Shown: piece after piece, positions 39,258 through 49,329 of the stretch | Layout of the letters: each line of letters opens with the position of its first letter | How positions within the stretch are numbered: the first letter of the stretch is position 1 | Assembly (NCBI GenBank): GCA_030390025.1 | Contig: CM059432.1 | Location: 61,382,001 to 61,446,000 of the forward strand | Direction of reading: 5' to 3' | Source of the DNA: Squalus acanthias | Taxonomy: Eukaryota | DNA length: 64,000 nucleotides | Made by a program: the position numbers and the translations under genes | Notes under the pieces: generated by a model | What the model saw: the letters and a program-made list of their open reading frames with translations, nothing else | Database searches by the model: none | What the model was told of the DNA's origin: nothing

Positions 39258-42200
39258 TATGACTCTATTAGAAAAGGGTGTTTTTAAAAAAATCTAGAGC
39301 TATAGAGGGAGCAGAGGAATGGGAAGACAGTCAAGTGTCCGAGTACTGGCAAAAAAAAGTCCCGAGAGTGTTCAGATCTCAGAATACTTGGGATGGGGCC
39401 CTGGGACTGTTGGGGTCTCAAAGTACTGGAAGAGGGATCCTGAAGTGTTCCAGGATGTGAATAAGATCAGTCACACATGAAGAAGAAATCAGCAAGTAAC
39501 TGAAATGATGAGGTTATTATTATTCTCCAGCATACTTATTTGTGGAAATTTGCTGAAGGGAGGAGCCTCAGGGGCACTGTAATAAATACAGTAAATTGAG
39601 CAGGAAGATGATGTAAATAATAAAAGCACCCTGAAGTGCCATCAGCTTTATGACTCAGATTGAATTGCAATTGCAACTGGCAACCAGTGTCATTCAGGCA
39701 AGTTCTGCATTGGAGATAAGTGTGCTGATAAGGTTTTGTTATTTGGTAGGCTTGTTTAATGCCAATGCAGCTGATGGCATTTTGTGTTTTGTATACTGTC
39801 AACAGGTGCTGTGCTCCAGTGAGTCAAGACTAGATCCAGCCAAATAGTGCCAGGTGGGACTGGAGAGCAATTGTTTACACAGGAGTCAGTGGGCCCCACC
39901 AGCTGCTTAGTAAACATATTTGCCTCTGATTCAGTTCACACAGTAATTTTTGTTAAATTTACCTGTGCCTGTGATTTAAAATCATTATCAAATCAAATTA
40001 GGCGCTCTTTCATTTTTTTTTTAAAGCGCGTGCTCCAAATTGCCCCATAATCTGTACAGAAATCAATTTGTTACAAAGTAATTGCATTTATTTATTTGTT
40101 TGCCAATCCGCTTCTGTTATAATATCAGTGAAGTTCGTAGGAGTTGATTTCAGACTGCTGCTGGTAGCTGGAAGGAAAATTATTTGGGGGCTATTGCTGT
40201 GGTATTTACTGTAACTGGAAAGGGATTCATTGCAGGCTACAGTTACACCAGTAAGTACAGCAACTCCCTTTCCTGACACACAAAAATTCAGCTGATTTCT
40301 GTACTACAGGTGACAATCTAACAAGCCATTTTTAGTAGTTTACAGTACATAAATAATTTTTAAAAAGCAGAATCAAAAGAAAATGCTAATAGTACAGAGC
40401 TTTGTTAATGGCTGAAAAAAATGTAAGACAATCTTTTATAGCAAAGGAAAGGAAAGCCATGTATGTTCCAGCCACAAAGCTTTTAAAGGGATAGTGTCTG
40501 TTGTGCTCTGTCACTGTGTATTTTTCTACTATTGGCTCTGGAACATTTATTTTGTTCTTGAACGTTTCAGATTTTGTTAGGGCAATCACGTATCCCATGA
40601 CCAGGTTTTAAATTCTGTGGCAAGTGCACAATACTACCAACAGGTCATGCCTGGTTTCATCCTAACTCTAGCTACTGCAAGTTCTGTCACTTATTAGAAG
40701 GATAAAACAATAAAGATTGACGTGATTCCACAATGCAGCACTGCAAGCAAGCAGAGGTGCTTGAAAGGAGGATATCTTGGGAAACCATGGGTACGCAGCC
40801 TGTAATTTTGGGTGAGTGCTGTTCCCCACTGGCAGTGTCAGATTGCAGAATCATCAACTCCTGTTAGATCAGCCAAGCTGAGATGATGGAAAACAAGCCA
40901 CGTTGCGCGACACAAGTCCAAGACCACAGGCTATCCTCTCCTTCCCATGACCATACTTCCTCAGCAAAGAAACATTGGAAGGACATGGCCTTGGTTTGCT
41001 ATAATCTTTATTTGAGGAAGGGGGCATCTGCAAAACTTTTTTCGTATCTATAATGAAGTTTTCTGCTGTCAGAGTAGAGTGAGTAAATGCCTGAATTTGT
41101 TCTGGTCATCGGAAAAGGGTATCCATCTCACTACACTTCATAAATGTTGATACCTTAGGCTCATTTCCAACCACCATTCAAACCTTGGACCAAAAAAGAT
41201 AAGCAAGGTCTCTTCAAGGGGGCAGAATCTGGAAGGCACTATTAACAGTAGACTCAAGTTAGCAGCAAGAATATCCCAAATGCTTAATATGGAGGGAGGG
41301 CCCAGTCGAGGCATCTTCTCTCTTCAACTCACCCCAAAGGCTTATCTGCTGAAAGCCTCAGTCTTAGTCAACATCTTCAGTGGATGAATCCTTCCTGTCT
41401 TTGAGGTCTTGTTATCCCTTTAAACGTTCTGCCAGCCTTATCTGGTGCTGCAACGATGGGCGGAAGTCTCACCCCAACCTTGTTAGTGGTTAGTAGGAGA
41501 AACTTTTTGATGCAGAGTGTTATGAGACTCTGGAATGTATTCGCAGAGTTTGTGATTGAAGCAGAGACTGTGTCAACATTAAAGAATAGATGGTTGAAGA
41601 AGAACAAAATAAAGGGTTATGGGAACAGAGTTGGCATTTAGGATTAGGAAAAATGTTCATGTGCAGGATAAACACTGACGTGAACTGGTTGGGCTGAATG
41701 GCCTGTTTTCGTATTGTAATTTTTACATAAGTAGAGCTGACAAATTTGCAGGTTCGTCCTCACTCTATCCATCCTCTGTGGCCCATTCATGACCCTCCCT
41801 GCCCCTGTTGCATCATGAGCATTCATAGGGTGCTAGTGCCTATTTCAGGTAAATATCTTGAATAGTAGGGGAAGCAATTAAACAAGGAAAAAATTAAAGG
41901 TCCAATCCAAATAAACTATGATAGAACAGAGCAATGTAAAAAAAAAAAGGGCACCGGCATTTGGTCCCCATACCAACCACAAAAGGAGGGGGCATGAGAA
42001 GTCCTTGGCGGGTCGGATCAAGAAAAACCCCAAGGCTTTTTACTCTTATGTGAGAAATAAAAGAATGACCAGGGTGAGGGTAGGGCCGGTCAAGGACAGT
42101 AGTGGGAACTTGTGCATGGAGTCAGAAGAGATAGGAGAGGTGATGAATGAATACTTTTCGTCAGTGTTCACCGAGGAGAGGGGCCATGTTCTTGAGGATG

Positions 42201-42854
42201 AGAGTGTGATAAAGGTGGATAGGCTGGAGGTGGTAGATGTTCTGAGGGAAGATGTTTTAGCAATTTTGAAGAACCTGAGGGTCGATAAGTCCCCTGGGCC
42301 AGATGGGATATATCCTAGGATTCTTTGGGAGGCAAGGGAGGAGATTGCAGAGCCTCTGGCTTTGATCTTTGGGTCCTCACTGTCCACGGGGATGGTGCCA
42401 GAGGACTGGAGAGTGGCAAATGTTGTTCCTCTCTTCAAGAAAGGAAATAGGAATGACCCTGGTAATTATAGGCCGGTTAGTCTTACTTCGGTGGTTGGTA
42501 AGATAATGGAAAAGGTCCTGAGGGATAGGATTTATGACCATTTGGAAAGGGGCAACTTAATCAGGGATAGTCAACACGGATTCGTGAAGGGTAAGTCTTG
42601 CCTAACAAATTTGATTGAATTCTTTGAGGAGGTAACTAAGTGTGTAGATGAAGGTAGAGCAGTTGATGTCGTATACATGGATTTTAGTAAGGCGTTTGAT
42701 AAGGTTCCCCATGGTCGTCTCATGAAGAAAGTAAGGAGTTGTGGGATAGAGGGAAATTTGGCCGATTGGATAAGTAACTGGCTATCTCTATAACCTGGTG
42801 TTGTGCGACCTCTCAATTTTGTCCACCCCAGTCCAACACCGGCATCTCCGCATC

Positions 42855-45533
42855 ATGACCACTATCGACACCACAAACTGCCGGCTCAAAGTGGAGAGAA
42901 TCGCCAAGAAGATCGCGCATATCGACACCGACATCAAGTATCTACAGAGATGCAAGAAAGCAGACAAGATCCCGAAAGGACTACAGATCACGAACCCACT
43001 CAAGTCGACATACAACACAGACTACGCTGAGAGACTCTGCCGTCGTACCTCTCGCACACTCCTCAACCATCTCGTACACCAGCTCTACAGCAAACGCCAC
43101 AACCTCGAAACCAAGATAGAGTCCATGCTCTCAGCCTGTGCTCAGGACACAGCAGACCAGTTACGAGACACCACCAAACAGACGAGGCAACGGAACTACG
43201 CTGCCTACATGCGCATCAAGAACAGGAAGCTTGAGAAACTCGGCATCACCACCAGCAGCAACCAAGCCTCCCCCGGTACCACGGCTGCAACCACAGGGAA
43301 GTCCATCGTCAACTTGTCCGACCATACCCTTCAACCAGACGAAATCGAAGTTCTCGCCCTAGGGCTCAAGTTCTGCCCAACCACCAAAATGGACCCCATC
43401 GGTCTCGCGGCAGACACGGAGGAATTCATCAGGAGAATGAGGCTCCGGGAATACTTCCACAAATCCCAAGATGTCAGCAACAAACCCAATGAGACAATCA
43501 ATGATCCAGAACAGCAGACAGAGGGACTCGCAGTGCAGCAACCGAAGAAAAAAGAGTCAAACTGGACCCCTCCGGAGGGTCGCTGCCCCAAGCTTGACAT
43601 GTATGCTCAAGCTGTCAGGAAATGCATCAACGCCAGATTCATCAGCCGCACTCACAAGACAGTCCAGAATGTCACCCGAGCACAACGCAACGCCATCCAC
43701 GCTCTCAAGACCAACCGCAACATTGTCATCAAACCAGCGGACAAAGGAGGAGCCATCGTCATACAGAACAGAACGGACTATTGTAAAGAAGCATACCGAC
43801 AACTGGACAACCAGGAACACTACAGACAGCTACCCGCAGATCCGACCAAAGAACACACCCGCCAACTCAATAGACTGATCAAGACCTTCGATCCAGACCT
43901 TCAAAACATCCTACGCGCTCTCATCCCACGTACTCCCCGCGTGGGAGACTTCTACTGCCTCCCAAAGATACACAAAGCCAACACACCCGGACGTCCTATC
44001 GTATCAGGCAATGGAACCCTGTGTGAGAACCTCTCTGGATACGTCGAGGGCATTCTGAAACCCATCGTACAGGGAACCCCCAGCTTCTGTCGCGACACTA
44101 CAGACTTCTTACAGAAACTCAGCACCCACGGACCAGTTGAACCAGGAACACTCCTTGCCACGATGGACGTATCGGCACTCTACACCAGTATCCCCCACGA
44201 TGACGGCATCGCTGCAACAGCCTCAGTACTCAACATCAACAACAGCCAATCTCCAGACGCCATCCTACAACTCATCCGCTTCATCCTTGACCACAATGTC
44301 TTCACCTTCGACAACCATTTTTTTACCCAAACACACGGAACAGCCATGGGGACCAAATTCGCACCCCAATACGCCAACATCTTCATGCACAAGTTCGAGC
44401 AAGACTTCTTCGCTGCACAGGACCTCCAGCCAACGCTGTACACCAGATACATCGACGACATTTTCTTCCTTTGGACCCATGGCGAAGGATCACTGAAAAG
44501 ACTACACGATAACATAAACAAGTTCCATCCCACCATCAAACTCACCATGGACTACTCCTCAGAATCGGTCTCATTCCTGGACACACGAATCTCCATCAAA
44601 GACGGACACCTCAGCACTTCACTCTACCGCAAGCCCACGGACAACCTCACGATGCTCCACTTCTCCAGCTTCCACCCTAACCATGTTAAAGAAGCCATCC
44701 CCTATGGACAAGCCCTGCGAATACACAGGATCTGCTCAGACGAGGAGGAACGCGATGGACACCTACGGACGCTGAAAAACGCCCTCGTAAGAACGGGATA
44801 TGACGCTCGACTCATCGATCGACAGTTCCGACGGGCCACAGCGAAAAATCGCATAGACCTCCTCAGAAGGCAAACACGGGACACAACCAACAGGGTACCC
44901 TACGTCGTCCAGTACTTCCCCGGAGCGGAGAAACTACGACATGTTCTTCGCAGCCTTCAACATGTCATCGATGACGACAAACACCTCGCTAAGGCCATCC
45001 CCACGCCTCCACTACTTGTCTTCAAACAGCCGCCTAACCTCAGAAGTACCATCGTTCGCAGCAAATTACCCAGCTTTCAGGATAACAGCGACCACGACAC
45101 CACACAACCCTGCCATGGCAAACTCTGCAAGACATGCCAGATCATCAACACAGATACCACCATCACACGTGAGGACACTACCCACCAGGTACATGGTACA
45201 TACTCATGTGACTCGGCCAACGTTGTCTACCTCATACGTTGCAGGAAAGAATGCACCGCGGCATGGTACATCGGCGAGACCATGCAGACACTGAGACAAC
45301 GTATGAACGAGCACCGCGCAACAATCGCCAGGCAGGATTGTTACCTCCCAGTCGGGGAACACTTCAGCAGTCAAGGACATTCAGCCTCGGATCTGCGGGT
45401 AAGCGTTCTCCAAGGCAACCTTAGAAACACACGACAACGCAAAATCATCGAGCAGAAACTGATAGCCAAGTTCCGCACTCATGAAGACGGTCTCAATCGG
45501 GATCTTGGGTTTATGTCACGATACATGACGTGA
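42855..45533 (+). CDS. Penelope-like reverse transcriptase / GIY-YIG endonuclease polyprotein (892 aa from the first ATG)
   Basis: IKPADKGG, LPKIHK..GRPIVS, MDVSALYTSI, GTAMG, RYIDD; linker CHGKLCKTC; VVYLIRC..WYIGET..R..EH..EHF..E..GLN. No stops or frameshifts. Confidence 0.93.
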   Translation: MTTIDTTNCRLKVERIAKKIAHIDTDIKYLQRCKKADKIPKGLQITNPLKSTYNTDYAERLCRRTSRTLLNHLVHQLYSKRHNLETKIESMLSACAQDTADQLRDTTKQTRQRNYAAYMRIKNRKLEKLGITTSSNQASPGTTAATTGKSIVNLSDHTLQPDEIEVLALGLKFCPTTKMDPIGLAADTEEFIRRMRLREYFHKSQDVSNKPNETINDPEQQTEGLAVQQPKKKESNWTPPEGRCPKLDMYAQAVRKCINARFISRTHKTVQNVTRAQRNAIHALKTNRNIVIKPADKGGAIVIQNRTDYCKEAYRQLDNQEHYRQLPADPTKEHTRQLNRLIKTFDPDLQNILRALIPRTPRVGDFYCLPKIHKANTPGRPIVSGNGTLCENLSGYVEGILKPIVQGTPSFCRDTTDFLQKLSTHGPVEPGTLLATMDVSALYTSIPHDDGIAATASVLNINNSQSPDAILQLIRFILDHNVFTFDNHFFTQTHGTAMGTKFAPQYANIFMHKFEQDFFAAQDLQPTLYTRYIDDIFFLWTHGEGSLKRLHDNINKFHPTIKLTMDYSSESVSFLDTRISIKDGHLSTSLYRKPTDNLTMLHFSSFHPNHVKEAIPYGQALRIHRICSDEEERDGHLRTLKNALVRTGYDARLIDRQFRRATAKNRIDLLRRQTRDTTNRVPYVVQYFPGAEKLRHVLRSLQHVIDDDKHLAKAIPTPPLLVFKQPPNLRSTIVRSKLPSFQDNSDHDTTQPCHGKLCKTCQIINTDTTITREDTTHQVHGTYSCDSANVVYLIRCRKECTAAWYIGETMQTLRQRMNEHRATIARQDCYLPVGEHFSSQGHSASDLRVSVLQGNLRNTRQRKIIEQKLIAKFRTHEDGLNRDLGFMSRYMT

Positions 45534-45866
45534 TCCGGACTCGAGTCGTCGTTAGCTTGTTCACAGATGTGATTCCCAGTAAAAAAGTAAAAATTTTCCC
45601 AGTAAAAAAGTAAATTTTTTTTAAAGCTTTTCGTTTTACATACAGACGGCAGCTTTTGACACGTTAGAACCCCTGCGACTTCACCTCATTGTCTCAGTTG
45701 TATCTTGCTATGTCTTTTGATGTGGTACCTTCCTGGCTGACTTAATTAACTTTATCACACCTCGGCAGATAGTCAGGATGATTTAATTTATTGGTCTGCA
45801 ATTGTAAAGTACACATGCTTTTTTTTCCATCTATATATGCTCTGGCGATTCTGTATCCAATTTACT

Positions 45867-45904
45867 TCACCTGAGGAAGGAGCGATAGCTCCGAAAGCTT
45901 GTGA
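45867..45904 (+). ncRNA. Minimal type I hammerhead ribozyme motif in the PLE 3' pLTR
   Basis: UCAC-CUGAGGA-A-GGAGC(GAUA)GCUCC-GAAA-GC-UU-GUGA. AATAAA follows at 45910-45915. Confidence 0.85.
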
Positions 45905-48097
45905 TTTCAAATAAAACTGTTGGACTATAACCTGGTGTTGTGCGACCTCTCAATTTTATCTCATAGAAGGCAGAGGGTGGTGGTGGATGGAACATTTTCG
46001 GACTGGAGACCAGTTACCAGCGGTGTGCCACAGGGGTCGGTGCTGGGTCCTCTGCTGTTTGTGATTTTTATCAATGACTTGGAGGAGGGGACTGAAGGGT
46101 GGATCAGTAAATTTGCTGATGACACCAAGATTGGTGGAGTAGTGGATGAGGTGGAGGGCAGTTGTAGGCTGCAAAGAGACATTGATAGGATGCAGAGCTG
46201 GGCCGAAAAATGGCAGATGGAATTTAACCCTGATAAGTGCTAGGTGATTCATTTTGGTAGGGCAAATTTGAATAAGGATTACAGGGTCAACGGCAGGGTT
46301 CTGAGGAACGTGGAGGAGCAGAGGGATCTGGGGGTTCATATCCACAGATCTCTGAAGGTTGCCACTCAAGTGGATAGAGCAGTAAAGAAGGCCTATGGTG
46401 TGTTGGCGTTTATTAACAGAGGGTTTGAGTTTAAGAACCGTGAGGTTATGCTGCAACTGTACAGGACCTTGGTGAGACCACATTTGGAATATTGTGTGCA
46501 GTTCTGGTCACCTCACTATAGGAAGGACGTGGAAGCATTGGAAAGAGTGCAAAGGAGATTTACCAGGATGCTGCCTGGTTTGGGGGGGAGGTCTTATGAG
46601 GAAAGATTGAGGGAGTTGGGGCTTTTCTCTTTAGGGCGGAGGAGGATGAGAGGCGACTTAATAGAGGTTTATAAGATGATGAGGGGGATAGATAGAGTGG
46701 ATGTTCAGAGACTATTTCCTCGGGTAGAGGCAGCTGTTACAAGGGGGCATAACTATAAGGTGCATGGGGGGAGATATAGAAGGGATGTCCGAGGTAGATT
46801 CTTTACTCAGAGAGTGGTTGGGGTGTGGAATGGACTGCCTGCTGTGATAGTGGAGTCGGACACTTTAGGAACTTTCAAGCGGTTATTGGATAAGCATATG
46901 GAGCACACCAGAGTGATAGGGAGTGTGATAGCTTGATCTTGGTCTCGGACAATGCTCGGCACAACATCGAGGGCCGAAGGGCCTGTACTGTGCTGTACTG
47001 TTCTATGTATCTATGTAAAAGGTCAGGCAGGACGACAACAACAACTTGCATTTATATAGCTGCTTTAACATCAAAAATATCCCAAAGCCCTTCACAGTTA
47101 AGCATGAGGATAGGGAACAATTTTAAAGGCAATTTCAGTTACCGTGCCCCAGGTTTTGCAGGTCCACAATGATGAAGTCACACCAATGATGCAACATATT
47201 GGAATTTCTGGGGCATCAATGACATGCCCCAACATACTAACCGAATGAATAGAATTAGTGCCACTAATAAGGCTTGGGCCAAGAAGCAGAGGAAGCATCC
47301 TGATCCCACAACACAGTCCCAGTGGAAAACCTGGGCAAGCATAAATTGGGCATCAGGCCTCTGCCCCTGGTTTTCCCCTCGCTCTGTGCCAGCACACAGA
47401 AGCAGAATTTCAGTCCCATTGTTCCCACCCACACTCCTGTCACAGCAATACCTCTAGTCCTCATGTCAAGCACATGCCTTGTTATTATTTTTGAAAATGA
47501 TTACAATTTCTCTCAAATACTTGGCTATTTTCCCTTCAGCATCCATCACCTAACAACAAAAACAAACCTAAAATGAAGCCAATCAAACGCAACGGTGGGA
47601 TCTTCTACCCAACCTGCGCCAATTTCTGGGTGTAGCGGGGATTGGTGGTGGCAGAAAATGCAACAAATAGGCGTTGTGTCGCACTGCTGCCAATTTTCAA
47701 GCCCATTGGATCTCACCTGTGTTTTTCTGGCTAGAGAGAAGTCTCATAATGCATTTATAAAATTTGTGTTATATTGCAGATTCTGTTAACTATTTAAAAT
47801 AAATTGGTTTCCTCAAGCTATTCCCCATATGATGAGTTCCTCATTTAAACTGCACCGTTATGTTGTAAACCTGAATGGAGAGAAAAATCATAAGTCTAGT
47901 GCTCGGTGGCTCAGTAGTAGCTGATGCAATATTGAGCTTTAGTGAGATAGAGCTGTCATTATCTCTATCTTTGAATATCCCAGTGTACTATATTACTACT
48001 TATACAGTGGCAGTAGCAGAGAACTTAAAGGAAGTCTCCAGACATCCTTTCAGCTGGGGAAGATGTGTAACAAAGAGAAGCTGTATGAAGAGAAATA

Positions 48098-48214
48098 GGG
48101 GGTGAAATTCATCTTGGTCATCTTCCACTGAAAAGAAAATCGGGCGGAGCGTAAAACGGGCTGCCAATTCATTATTGCCTGTTTTGCATTACCGCCCAAG
48201 ACAGATTTCACCCC
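48098..48214. mobile_element. Short MITE remnant
   Basis: TIR ggggtgaaat / atttcacccc with flanking ata. Related to the palindromic element near 33117-33280. Confidence 0.6.
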
Positions 48215-49329
48215 ATAACAATTTTCAAAAATTAAATCCTTTTAAATTTAAACTTGTGCCACTGCACAGAAAAGTATTATGCTGAAATGAGCATGTTAGC
48301 AAAATTGAAGATAAGGTAGCCTAATTTAAAGTTACAGAAATAGTCCCGTTTTGTTTTTTAAGAAAAGCCTTTTTCTGTATGTTAATGTGACAAGAGAAAC
48401 TTGGCACTTGAAATGTTCCCATTGTTTATTTTGTAACGTGGTTGAATGCAGTATAATCTATTTTATTTATGTACATCCGAAAGTGAACACAAAAATAGTA
48501 ACAACAGAGACTGATTTCCCATTTATGCTGCTGTTCAGCACTGAGCGGCACTTTAAGCAGCTGCTTAATCATCTGCTCAATGTCTTCTCTCAGCCTCTTG
48601 TCTTAAAAACAACGGTTTCAAAATTCTAAAGCAGCCTCTCTGCCAGTGGAAGCGTTGTGGGAGGAACCCCCATCCATCCTTGTAGTGGCCATAGACCCCA
48701 ACCCAAATTGCAGGGACGGGGTCATTTGCATGATCAGGATAGCCTGATCTTCAATATGTAAACTGTCAGACTTAAAACATATAAGCGGATTAAAAACCCG
48801 AGAGAAATATAGCCACTCTGTCTGAGGTGCCCCAGGCCCTTCTGTTCCAACTATTAAAAAATCTTTTTTTGGAGTCTCAGCTTTGAAAGAATGCATTTTG
48901 CCTGAAGACCTGACCTAATCTAAGTATTGTTTGGGGCCTTTCAAAAGGCCTCAAAGGGACTTATGCCAGTTCTCAGCTAATGTAAGTTCCGCTGAAGCTT
49001 TTAAGGACATAAAGGGTAGTTTAGGAACTCCTCCCAGCATGCCCCCTTGACTTGGAAGGGGGAAAGGCAGAACATTCACTCATGGTCCCTCCAGCAGAAA
49101 ATGGCTACACCAAAAAGATGGGTTTAGTCCCAAATTCTGGCTGCAGGGCAGCGATCCACCTGCTCTGCGAATTTTATCGAGGCCAGAATTTCAGGACCAA
49201 TGTTTTACAAATCAGCCTTTATTTTCCCTGATGCAGTCCCAAACTGGTTTTCTGGGCAAAACAATGCTTAGCTGTTTAAAGTGCTAGTGAGCATTGTTAT
49301 GGAGCAGCTGAGCAGCACTGGCTGGCAAT

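Larger units (their letters stand above)
42789..45957 (+). mobile_element. Penelope-like retroelement (probably Neptune clade) with intact ORF
   Basis: RT + GIY-YIG ORF. Identical 32-bp direct repeat at 42789-42820 and 45926-45957. TSD (t)atctc at 42783-42788 and 45957-45962. Confidence 0.95.
41980..47015 (+). mobile_element. Young 5'-truncated CR1 split by the Penelope-like element
   Basis: The RT frame ..WISNWLS | [10 protein letters not shown].. rejoins across the insertion. One stop at 46241. Confidence 0.9.

Noticed and set aside
41935..41980. Fourth 5'-captured segment on the CR1 at 41980
   Set aside because: The putative TSD (atgtaaaa) is low complexity and could be chance.
42798..42854. 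N-terminal 19 codons of the 911-aa ORF
   Set aside because: It starts at GTG within the terminal repeat. The first ATG, at 42855, is the more plausible start.
45531..45860. UGA readthrough or SECIS as in selenoprotein Naiad PLEs
   Set aside because: There is no internal in-frame TGA, the TGA follows a complete GIY-YIG domain, and no SECIS was recognised by eye.
48430..48605. Minus-strand exon candidate (KRLREDIEQMIKQLLKVPLSAEQQHKWE)
   Set aside because: It looks protein-like but has no recognisable homology and no convincing donor site.
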